Of a stretch of DNA of 64,000 nt, positions 49,675 to 58,163 are shown piece by piece. Source of the stretch: an uncultured bacterium (lineage in GTDB: Bacteria; Patescibacteriota; Minisyncoccia; Phycocordibacterales; CAIZLB01). Position 1 is the first letter of the stretch. Each line of letters starts with the position of its first letter. The stretch lies in contig CAIZVZ010000009.1 in the NCBI GenBank assembly GCA_903936565.1, forward strand, positions 44,840-108,839, given 5' to 3'. The notes under the pieces are model-generated. The model saw nothing but the letters and a program-made list of their open reading frames with translations. It was not told the DNA's origin and searched no databases. A program made the translations under genes and the position numbers.

Positions 49675-49692
49675 TCAGACTACGTCTTTTTG

Positions 49693-49779
49693 CGGAGAGA
49701 GAGGGATTTGAACCCTCGATGAGGTTTCCCCCATGCCGCTTTTCGAGAGCGGTGCCTTCAACCACTCAGCCATCTCTCC
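49693..49779 (-). tRNA. tRNA-Ser(CGA)
   Basis: GGAGAGA acceptor stem, CCGCT-CTCGAAA-AGCGG, long variable arm. Confidence 0.94.
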
Positions 49780-49950
49780 AATGTTGAAACAACCATGAAA
49801 GCATACCATTAACACTGTATATGTGGCAATTTTTAACCAAATTTTAGCAAAATTCGGCCTGTTTTTTGATTTTTTTTGAAAATATGTTATATTCTTCATA
49901 TTGCTTTCATCTCTGATTATAGGCAATAAATTCAGGTATTTAGCCAGCAT

Positions 49951-50022
49951 GGCCCTATCGTCTATCGGTTAGGACGAAAGCTTTTCAAGCTTTAAAGCCG
50001 GGTTCGACTCCCGGTAGGGTCA
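49951..50022 (+). tRNA. tRNA-Glu(TTC)
   Basis: GGCCCTA/TAGGGTC acceptor stem, AAAGC-TTTTCAA-GCTTT, GTTCGACTC. Confidence 0.93.
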
Positions 50023-50159
50023 CAAAATTTAACGAACGGAGTGAGTATAAATTTGTGATGCAGCGGTACTTTATATTTTCGAGCTTTGCGAAGAAAATAT
50101 TCTAGTACCGGCTGCGCACTGAATTTTCCATGCATATTAAGTAATGATATAATCACATT

Positions 50160-50669
50160 ATGCAAACAATAAACCCAAATACACTCAACGGAATTGATCA
50201 GGAATACATTCCAGAAAAACCATTAAGTGAATACGAGCCAAGATTAACAGCGAGAGTATTCGTAATTGATTCAGAAAACAATATTGGATTAATAAGACAC
50301 CCTCCATCCAACATGCTCTTTCCACCAGGTGGCGGTGCAGAAAAAGGAGAAACTGTTTTCGAAGCTTCAACAAGAGAAGTGGCAGAAGAACTTGGTGTTG
50401 TGTGTACCCCAGTTGAGGACTTGGGAATCTTGGAGCATTACCATGACAAATGGATGAAGAAGTTTATAATTCATCACGTGTATGCAACCACGGACAAACA
50501 ATCTATAGAAGTGGATCTCGTAGACTATGATACTAATCTAGAAAGAGTCTGGGTGAGTATTGAAGAATATAGGAACATACTGGATAACTATCTCAAAAAT
50601 GAAAAACCTGATGATGTCTGGGCAAAAGCAATTTTATATTTCTTAGATGCATTTTCTTCCCATAAATAA
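50160..50669 (+). CDS. NUDIX hydrolase
   Basis: Intact Nudix box GGGAEKGETVFEASTREVAEELG. Confidence 0.9.
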   Translation: MQTINPNTLNGIDQEYIPEKPLSEYEPRLTARVFVIDSENNIGLIRHPPSNMLFPPGGGAEKGETVFEASTREVAEELGVVCTPVEDLGILEHYHDKWMKKFIIHHVYATTDKQSIEVDLVDYDTNLERVWVSIEEYRNILDNYLKNEKPDDVWAKAILYFLDAFSSHK

Positions 50670-50745
50670 AACGGGTAATGACAAAAAAATAAACTAACGA
50701 GTAGGATATCTGCTCGTTAGTTTATTTTAATCTAAGTTATACTCT

Positions 50746-52179
50746 CTACTTTATAGTAAAATAACCCTCGCTATCCGCGGATATTTTAGCGCCATCGAAA
50801 TCAATAATTCTTATTGAATAATCAGAACCACTAGGCAAAGTTGTTGGTATTTTCCAATCAAAATGATTCTCATTAGCATTTACACGTAATACAATCGACG
50901 CCTCACTAGAATCAAATGAAGAATCTGGATTGTGATATGTATCACTTCCCTTTCTTAATTTAATATATAGATTAGCAATACCTGGGGCATACCAACTTAT
51001 CCTATAAGTCGATCCTTTTTCGACAACTAATCCCGCCTTTGGATAAACAACCTTAATGTAAGGGTCTGACGTACTAACATACTTTGAAGAAACTTTAAAG
51101 TATGTATCGCTGTAATCATAATAGTATTTCACCCCCTTATCTGGTCCATCAGAACGAGTGTATGATACCAACATTCTATACGCTCCATCGGGCAAATCTG
51201 TTGGAACTTTCCATTGATACCCAGATGACACAAAGCCAATTGACTTTATTGCATTTGATTCAATAATTCCACCATTAACAACACCCTTTTGATAATTTTC
51301 TTCACTAATTAGGCTCACAGACGCTTTGTCGCCCTGAGAACCAATTGACCAAGTCCAATTTAGTGTATAGGTTTCTCCTTTAGTAAAATACTCACCTCCA
51401 TTTGGATAAATCACTGCAACATATTTTGTTGCCACTGGCACCACTACGGGCACTGGAGAAACCGTAACGACACCATCTGCGTTTATCACAGCTCGTAGTG
51501 CTGGGCCAAAGAATCCATCGGCTGGCGCAATACCTTTAGCTGTTTGATACTTAATAAGCGCATCTCTAGTCATTTCTCCAAAGTAGCTATTTAAGTAATT
51601 ACCCAAAATAAAACCCTTGGCATTTAGAAAGCACTTCAACCTAAGAACGTCATCACCATAATCTCCAATCTTTAAATTTCCAGTAAAAACGTGGGGCATA
51701 TTTGATGTACACGCTTGAAGATTTGTTGTCTCACTCGCTAGATTAGCTGGTGCTGAAATAATAACTGACGAGCTTGAAGTCGGAGTTACTGGAATATAGG
51801 TAGGTGGTGTTGGAATTGGGTTTTGAGTTATCACCCCTGAACAAGTTTGATTCTTGATCTTTTCTCTAGTTATTGGTCCAACATAGCCAGTTGGACTGAT
51901 ATTATTTTCCTGTTGAAACTTTTTAACCGCCTTAGTAGTCATAAGCCCAAAAAATCCAACTGGATTTGAATTGAGATACCCTGAGGTTTGTAAAAAATCC
52001 TGCAAAACTGACACTTCCCCATCTGTTTTTACATCAGTTGATTTGTATCTCAAATTATTAACAATGGTCACACAAGTTGAATCACCCTGTGGATCAATAT
52101 CCCCAACTTGTGCAAATCCAACTGTTGGAATTATTAATACGAGAATAGCAAAAAATGACCAAAATATTTTCTTATTCAT
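50746..52179 (-). CDS. Secreted protein with two peptidoglycan-binding domains and two Ser/Thr-rich Ig-like domains
   Basis: GEVSVLQDFL..GFFGLMT.KAVKKFQ..TGYVGPITR; YPNGGE..G..Y...W repeats. Confidence 0.8.
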   Translation of the reverse strand: MNKKIFWSFFAILVLIIPTVGFAQVGDIDPQGDSTCVTIVNNLRYKSTDVKTDGEVSVLQDFLQTSGYLNSNPVGFFGLMTTKAVKKFQQENNISPTGYVGPITREKIKNQTCSGVITQNPIPTPPTYIPVTPTSSSSVIISAPANLASETTNLQACTSNMPHVFTGNLKIGDYGDDVLRLKCFLNAKGFILGNYLNSYFGEMTRDALIKYQTAKGIAPADGFFGPALRAVINADGVVTVSPVPVVVPVATKYVAVIYPNGGEYFTKGETYTLNWTWSIGSQGDKASVSLISEENYQKGVVNGGIIESNAIKSIGFVSSGYQWKVPTDLPDGAYRMLVSYTRSDGPDKGVKYYYDYSDTYFKVSSKYVSTSDPYIKVVYPKAGLVVEKGSTYRISWYAPGIANLYIKLRKGSDTYHNPDSSFDSSEASIVLRVNANENHFDWKIPTTLPSGSDYSIRIIDFDGAKISADSEGYFTIK

Positions 52180-52280
52180 TTATTTAATTTATATTGTTAT
52201 GAAATAATAATACCATACCTAACACCTTACACATACAAACTTAACAACAGCCATCAAATTAGCTATACTTATAATCATAT

Positions 52281-52607
52281 ATGCATATAATACCCATACT
52301 CATCTTATTTGTAAGTGGAGCAATACTAACAGCCGGAGATTTAATTTTTAGAACATGGGTGGAAAAGGGATCGAATATGCACTCTATAATATATGTAGTT
52401 GGTATTTTTACATATCTAGTGGGTACAATGTTATTAGTTGAAAGCTATAAACATGATATAAACATAGTTTCTGCAGGAATAATACAAATATTATTTAACA
52501 CAATAATATTGGTTGTATTTACATATTTTTATTTCCACGAACCATTAACCGTTGTCCAAATCATTGGATTAGTACTTGGTCTCATTTCAATCTACCTAAT
52601 AGGTTAA
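52281..52607 (+). CDS. SMR/DMT-like small membrane transporter
   Basis: Four TM helices, FYFHEPLTVVQIIGL. Confidence 0.75.
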   Translation: MHIIPILILFVSGAILTAGDLIFRTWVEKGSNMHSIIYVVGIFTYLVGTMLLVESYKHDINIVSAGIIQILFNTIILVVFTYFYFHEPLTVVQIIGLVLGLISIYLIG

Positions 52608-52749
52608 TACATTCATGAAGCTCAGAACATACACGCTGTTATCTTTTGGAAAAAGTTTATAATAAAAAATGACCCCCGCCAGATGAATCTGAGCGGGGGC
52701 CGTGGTTTTAGAAGACTAGCTCTTGGCTTTTGAGGCCGTAAGTTTTGCC

Positions 52750-53541
52750 TTATTTCTTCAACCACTCGAGCAATTCGTCACCAATCAATTGCTCGTTGAC
52801 TTCCTCGTCCGTCATGTGCACGAACTTTTCGATGTCCCGGATAACGACCAGTCCGACATTCGGGAACTCGTCGCCGAGCTGCTCGATGTAGCGGAATGTG
52901 CTTGGCTGGTTTGAACAGCCAATGAACAGGTAGTAAACCTGGTCACCACGCTCCGCGGATTCCCGCAGTAAGCGACGTGTCGGTTCCTTGTCGTCACCAT
53001 TGTTGTCGCCGTCGGTGACGTGGATGACGAGTGCGCGTTTCTTGGTTTGCGTAGTCGTAACGACCGGCTCAGCGACAGGTTTTGCCCCGCCACCAAATAG
53101 CCGGCCGAGCATTCCACCACCCTGCGGTTTAGCAACGGTTTGATTGCCGCAGCCATAGCCGAAGTGTGCCAAGTTTTTGCGCAGGACGTGTGCATAGTCT
53201 GTACCGCCATTGTAGCCGGGGACTTTGTTGATGATGCACCGGGCGATGTAACCGTCATGGTCATTCTCCGTGATTTCACCCACGTAGTAAGCATGACTGG
53301 CCCCATCACTGAACGTGAACACGTCCATCTTCTTGTCGGGATCAAAGACCATCCCCCAAGGCACGAGCCGAGTGAGAAGTCCTTGAGTGAGGCCGTCTTG
53401 ATGTTCATCCCGGAAGCTCCCACTGACGTCCAAGTTGAACGCCAATTCCATTGGAGGCGGAATGTTGATGCCACGCTTCTGGAGCGAGAGGACAAGGCCA
53501 GCTGCTGCTTTGGTGAGGTTGAGTTGTAATGGTTGTTTCAC
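52750..53541 (-). CDS. vWA domain protein (Ter-associated)
   Basis: MIDAS DVSGS, GGTDY, HVTDGD, FIG, LGD..PNVG; GTG start. Confidence 0.85.
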   Translation of the reverse strand: MKQPLQLNLTKAAAGLVLSLQKRGINIPPPMELAFNLDVSGSFRDEHQDGLTQGLLTRLVPWGMVFDPDKKMDVFTFSDGASHAYYVGEITENDHDGYIARCIINKVPGYNGGTDYAHVLRKNLAHFGYGCGNQTVAKPQGGGMLGRLFGGGAKPVAEPVVTTTQTKKRALVIHVTDGDNNGDDKEPTRRLLRESAERGDQVYYLFIGCSNQPSTFRYIEQLGDEFPNVGLVVIRDIEKFVHMTDEEVNEQLIGDELLEWLKK

Positions 53542-53556
53542 TTGTCTATTTGCTTT

Positions 53557-54609
53557 CTATTGTCTTAGTTGTTGTTTTAGCGAGTTGAGTATCCGACTGG
53601 TTTCGCCAATTTCAGTCGGGTTTGTTTGTTTGCTACCATGACGCCCTTTTAAGTTGGCGACACTTTCCATCCAAACAGGCAATGTATTGAACACGACCTG
53701 CTGAATGATAGTTGTCATTCTCATGGGTTGCTCGATTTGGTTATCCCTCGAGAAGGAGCCTGAGCGGATTTGCCCAAGTGTAAGAGTGAGACTAGCAGCG
53801 CGGTCTTCCAACCGCTGTGCTAAATCCTCTCTTGAAATGTTTCTGAAGTAATCCGCAACGACCAAGGCCGCTGTGAGACCTGCTTCAACGTCGTCGCTGA
53901 GTTCAGCTAGAGTTCTTGAGTTTCCTTCCAAACTTTTGCTTAAATCAACGAGTGAAGATATACAATCGCGCATCAACAGAGTGAGCTGATCAATTTCCCT
54001 CAATGCTTCTTCCAGTGATGGAAGTGTGTCGATTTCTGGTGTGGCCGCCCGCATTATCTTCGCGAACAATCCAGCACCTTTTTCAAACACCTTTTCAAGT
54101 CTGATGCTGCTGAGAATTTCCATCATCCTATTTATGTACGAAGTACTTTTTTGAATGACTTCTGATCCGAGCAGCTTTAGAGTTTCCGTGACCAGGTTGT
54201 TGTGCTTTTCCTGAAGGTGTTGCCCCCAAGTAATCACGTCAACCTGATCAAGTTCGTCTTGTCTAGTGGCTTCGACAATTCTAACCACCGCATCCAAGAC
54301 TGGCTCTTTCAAATTTGGAAATTTTATTTTGAGACCCTCTCGCTTTACTGGAATGCGCTTTCGCACGGAACCAGGAATGGCGGAGGGGGTCTGAACGAGA
54401 TTGATCTCAGGTTTTTTGACGACCTGCTCTGCAGCTTTTGTAGCTTGCGCATCACCATATTCATCTCCACCAATAACCGTAGGCTTTGCTTGTGCCGAAG
54501 TGGCAGCGCCACCCATGGTTGTCGGAGTGATTTTTGTGATTGGAGGTACGGCGCACTGAGCACTGTCACCAACAACACCATTACCAATAACAGTCGGTTT
54601 CATTTTCAT
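53557..54609 (-). CDS. TelA-like toxic anion resistance protein (divergent)
   Basis: ITWG..LQ, GLFAKIM, long coiled coils, TLPVW; Ter context. Confidence 0.6.
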   Translation of the reverse strand: MKMKPTVIGNGVVGDSAQCAVPPITKITPTTMGGAATSAQAKPTVIGGDEYGDAQATKAAEQVVKKPEINLVQTPSAIPGSVRKRIPVKREGLKIKFPNLKEPVLDAVVRIVEATRQDELDQVDVITWGQHLQEKHNNLVTETLKLLGSEVIQKSTSYINRMMEILSSIRLEKVFEKGAGLFAKIMRAATPEIDTLPSLEEALREIDQLTLLMRDCISSLVDLSKSLEGNSRTLAELSDDVEAGLTAALVVADYFRNISREDLAQRLEDRAASLTLTLGQIRSGSFSRDNQIEQPMRMTTIIQQVVFNTLPVWMESVANLKGRHGSKQTNPTEIGETSRILNSLKQQLRQ

Positions 54610-54645
54610 TTCTTGTGGTTGAAGTTTTCAAAGTGCTATGTAGGA

Positions 54646-54787
54646 ATTTCCTCGGACCAAAATTACGTCCTTCTCCCCACTAGATTCCAAACACCGTGTT
54701 TTGAATCTAGATGAGGAGGGCAACATTAATGGAGTTGCCCGTGAACCTGTGGTGGTTCCCAGCAAGAGAAAAGTTCTTGCTACTTGT
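54646..54787 (-). ncRNA. Five-hairpin intergenic element, copy A
   Basis: Near-identical to 56784-56924; five consecutive stem-loops. Confidence 0.6.
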
Positions 54788-54813
54788 TTCTAATTGATCA
54801 AAACGGGTGGGTG

Positions 54814-55419
54814 TTATGAGAAGTACCCCAACACAGCGTTGAAGTCACCCATAAACCCGGAGCCGACCGGAGCGTACTCCCAACCCTTGTCGCTGCGAAT
54901 CAAGCTGCCCATCTGGACCGCATTAAACGCAGCAAATTCGTTGGTAAGTTGATACTCGCCGAGCACCTTGCCCTCGTCGTCCTTTATGGTGATCGATGCG
55001 GATTTGACACCAGCAAAGGTTGCACCACCGTGGACTGTGACGAAGATTGGGATTTCGTTGACTTCGCTTCCAACCTTGTCACCAAAGATAGTGATCAGTT
55101 CATCGATGTCCGTCGTAACACCAGTGCGTGCGTCACCCGAGTGAGTGAGTGCACCGCAAGGTGTGGAGAACGACCTGTCTTGATTCGTGACCAGCATCCC
55201 GTTGGGATTGGTACTTTTTGCGTTGTAGGTGCTGAGCACCTGGGCAAAGTCATTGACCTTTGCCCCGTTACCACCGTTGGTGGCGAGCAGCGCATGTGCA
55301 TCCACGTCGTGCGTGCTGTCCCAGCGAAGCTCCACCGTGAAGCGGGCGCCTTTGTTGAGTGACAGTTGCAGTTTCTGGACGACATCACCTGGTTTTGCTA
55401 ATGGAAGTGCCAATGGCAT
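54814..55419 (-). CDS. terD: TerD-family stress protein
   Basis: LSLNKG, ELRWD, DVDAHA, HSGDARTG..DE, IFVTVH, FAGV, A.Q.GSL.R..GW; probable start MPLALPL. Confidence 0.85.
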   Translation of the reverse strand: MPLALPLAKPGDVVQKLQLSLNKGARFTVELRWDSTHDVDAHALLATNGGNGAKVNDFAQVLSTYNAKSTNPNGMLVTNQDRSFSTPCGALTHSGDARTGVTTDIDELITIFGDKVGSEVNEIPIFVTVHGGATFAGVKSASITIKDDEGKVLGEYQLTNEFAAFNAVQMGSLIRSDKGWEYAPVGSGFMGDFNAVLGYFS

Positions 55420-55521
55420 ATTTTTGTTTTTTCTTTGTTTCTGATTGTTGTTGTTTGTCGTGCGGTTTGGTTTCTCCCCGCGGGCGCGCACGCGCCCGCG
55501 GGGATTCCCTTGACCTTCTGC

Positions 55522-56718
55522 TTACGCTTTAGGTTTCGAGGAAAGTTGTGCGAGCTCGCCACGCGCTTCGGCAAACATGCCACGCGCAGTGTCAAACTTT
55601 TTGAGATTTTCTGTTCTTGCTGTGTCGACCAACGCTTGAACCTCACCAGTTAAGGCAATAAGTTCTTGGAGTTGGTTCGCCTGTTGAAGCCTGTTGTCCC
55701 CCGGAGCGTTTGCCGCCGTGGTAACAACCTCCCTCATGAGAGTTCCGCGGATTTGTCCCAGCTGCCGATCGAGATCAGCTTGCTTTGCAGCTAGCTGTTG
55801 CACACCCTTGACCTGCATTGCTCCATGAAGAGCGATCAAGGTTGTTTTGATGGAACTGAAACGTGTTGTCGCGGTTGTCGCGGTTTCTTGCAGAGTTTGA
55901 ACCCCAGCCGCCTCGACCTGTTGAATGACCAACTGATCTGCAGGCAACCTGGAGAAAACACCTTCAAGTGCCAAAGCCCGAGATTCCAAAAGTTGAAGTT
56001 TGTTCTCCGCTTCTTGTAGATCAGACTGTGCCAACACACTATTCGCGTCCAACCTCGCCCGTCCAACCTCGGCTCGCGCCGACTCGAGAAACTTGTGAGC
56101 CACTACAGCAACAACTGCGAAGTCATTGATATGTTGACGATAAGTCCCTTTAAGCTGATTGAAACGCTGAAGTTCACGGAGGAGTTCATCCAAAGCTTGC
56201 GCCAATTCCTTCTCGAGGTTTTTCATCACCCCCATTAGGTCTTGAGTACGGCCCGAGACTAATTCACATACAGCTTCGTGTGCAGTATGAGCTGCATCCG
56301 CAACCGCACGCTTACTCATAAAGCCAAGGACTCTCGCCTTGAACCCCAGTTTTCCCGATTGAATCTGCTTGAGCAGATCGGGAAGTTTTGCATCCTCAAC
56401 ACCGCTTTGCAGGCGGTCAAAGAGTGCAAAAAGTTTCGGGTTTCTAGCGCGTTCGATCCCTGACAAGAACCCATCAAGGGTCTCGGTAAGTGCAATTTCA
56501 GCACCGTGTCCAATCATCAGAATGTCCCCCGACGTGATGTCAGAAAACCTCAGACCACTGAGCATAGCTTCCGCAGTTGGAATTTGCTCCGGCAACAGCG
56601 CGATTTGTCCCGCATTACCCGCAAGGGCAACACTGAAGTCCGTCGCTTGTTGAGGAACCATTCCACTACCAGTTGATGCACCAATTACGGTCGGTGCCCC
56701 CATCGTTGTCGGTTTCAT
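55522..56718 (-). CDS. TelA toxic anion resistance family protein
   Basis: ILMIGHGAE..L..TLDGFL, LGF..RVLG, extensive coiled coils; Ter context. Confidence 0.7.
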   Translation of the reverse strand: MKPTTMGAPTVIGASTGSGMVPQQATDFSVALAGNAGQIALLPEQIPTAEAMLSGLRFSDITSGDILMIGHGAEIALTETLDGFLSGIERARNPKLFALFDRLQSGVEDAKLPDLLKQIQSGKLGFKARVLGFMSKRAVADAAHTAHEAVCELVSGRTQDLMGVMKNLEKELAQALDELLRELQRFNQLKGTYRQHINDFAVVAVVAHKFLESARAEVGRARLDANSVLAQSDLQEAENKLQLLESRALALEGVFSRLPADQLVIQQVEAAGVQTLQETATTATTRFSSIKTTLIALHGAMQVKGVQQLAAKQADLDRQLGQIRGTLMREVVTTAANAPGDNRLQQANQLQELIALTGEVQALVDTARTENLKKFDTARGMFAEARGELAQLSSKPKA

Positions 56719-56783
56719 GTTTGTTCTCTCTGTATCTAGGGCTATGTACCCCGTTTTGATTTTAGTTGTGAATGAGCATAGAG

Positions 56784-56924
56784 ATTTCTTCGGACCAAAT
56801 TACGTCCTTCTCCCTACTAGATTCCAAACACCGTGTTTTAAATCTAGATGAGGAGGGCAACATTAATGGAGTTGCCCGTGAACCTGTGGTGGTTCCCAGC
56901 AAGAGAAAAGTTCTTGCTACTTGT
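56784..56924 (-). ncRNA. Five-hairpin intergenic element, copy B
   Basis: Differs from copy A by 3 substitutions and a 1-nt indel. Confidence 0.6.
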
Positions 56925-56960
56925 CTGAATCCCTAACCCCCTTGGGTCGGCGCCCCGCTG

Positions 56961-57809
56961 TTAGCAGAACAAATTGGTCTTCACAACCTTGAATATAATT
57001 CTCCCACCGTTCAGACTCCACCTAATAGGAATCGTCACGACATAAAAAAGTTTATCCAAGATCACTACAAACTTTTGTCCTACAACAAGCACCGGCTTAA
57101 GCACCTTTCGTCCAATTCGCGACTCCGCATACCATAAGCTGCACAAAGTGATTACCACGATGCCAACAAACTTGTGTACGGAGTTGATGTGAAAATGAAT
57201 TTGAAAGTGTTCAAGCGACAGTTCAACCAACAGAATGAACCCAACAAAGCCAACTAGCATGAAAGCCGTCTTCTGCAAAATCGGAAATCTTTCAATCAGC
57301 TTGATGCAGTAACCTGCAACGAATCGCAGCGCCAGAATGCCAATGAAGACACCGAGGCATACGACCCACAAGCGCTTGTCCAGCGCGACGGCCGCCACTA
57401 CGTTATCCAGCGACAACGAGAGGTCCATGATTTCGATTTGTATTACTGTTGCGACCAGGCTTTTGTAAACCTTAGCCGAGCCGCTTTCATGGATCTCCTC
57501 CTCTGTTTTGCCAGAGAGATGTTCCACCATGAGATAGACTAGGTACAACGCACCAAATATCTTCAACCACGGATTCGAGGCGATAAACGCCACAAGCGCC
57601 AAAGCTAGACCACGAAACGCGTACGCCCCAATGATACCCAACCTCAACGCCTGCTTCTGTTGCTTCTTTGGCAGATCGCTTGCCATCGCGGCAATCGCCA
57701 TCGCGTTATCGACGGAGAGCAAGCCCTCAATCAAGATAAGCGATAATATTACGGGGATTGCTGTACTGAATTCACTCAGAGTGGGCAATTGTGAGAACAC
57801 GGCAGTCAT
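56961..57809 (-). CDS. terC: TerC-family integral membrane protein
   Basis: IEGLLSVDNA, GIIGAYAFR, IEIMDLSLSLDNVVAAVA, RFVA, RFP.L. Confidence 0.92.
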   Translation of the reverse strand: MTAVFSQLPTLSEFSTAIPVILSLILIEGLLSVDNAMAIAAMASDLPKKQQKQALRLGIIGAYAFRGLALALVAFIASNPWLKIFGALYLVYLMVEHLSGKTEEEIHESGSAKVYKSLVATVIQIEIMDLSLSLDNVVAAVALDKRLWVVCLGVFIGILALRFVAGYCIKLIERFPILQKTAFMLVGFVGFILLVELSLEHFQIHFHINSVHKFVGIVVITLCSLWYAESRIGRKVLKPVLVVGQKFVVILDKLFYVVTIPIRWSLNGGRIIFKVVKTNLFC

Positions 57810-58004
57810 TTCTATTTTCTTTATTTGTTGTTTCTGTTTTCTCTACAAATTACCAGTCTTCCGAGACTAGATTTGTTAGAGTATGAAATCTGCAGAATCA
57901 AATGCCGTGCACATTTGAAATACAGACTTCATGCTCTAACAAATCCTTAAGGTTTTAAATGAGCTCTATGAATTAACTTGACATACTGTATATTTCTGGT
58001 GCTA

Positions 58005-58161
58005 ATGATAATCCGTTTCGCAAAGTTGTCAATATTTATTAGACGTTCAGAGGGCTATAAATCTATCTTTTTCTGGATGAATCTTTACAAGATACAATAA
58101 AGGCTTAAAATATACTAATCTGGAATAATTGCTTTTGTGATACGTCTAGTTTTAATTAGAC
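58005..58161 (-). promoter_or_regulatory. terC promoter with paired operator-like boxes
   Basis: Minus-strand TTGACA (58027-58032)-16-TATCAT (58005-58010); boxes GTCAA-N7-TAGAC 58028-58044 and GTCTA-N8-TAGAC 58144-58161. Confidence 0.6.
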
Positions 58162-58163
58162 GT

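Noticed and set aside
42094-49692. Prophage or integrative island between tRNA-Val and tRNA-Ser
   Set aside because: No integrase, phage genes or duplicated tRNA 3' end detected.
52812-53495. 227-aa alternative-frame ORF within the vWA gene, and similar overlapping ORFs in terD/telA
   Set aside because: Ser/Thr/Arg-rich off-frame product expected in GC-rich coding DNA; no motifs.
54646-56924. The 141-nt repeats as IS/MITE ends, att sites or a hammerhead ribozyme
   Set aside because: No terminal inverted repeats, target-site duplication, transposase or integrase. The + strand CTAGATGAG..stem..GTGAAC does not match the CUGAUGA/GAAA hammerhead core.
27323-58032. Genome-wide preference for 16-bp promoter spacers
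   Set aside because: Seen at 27323, 28203, 41835 and 58027, but 32862 has 17 bp. Too few hand-picked cases to claim.
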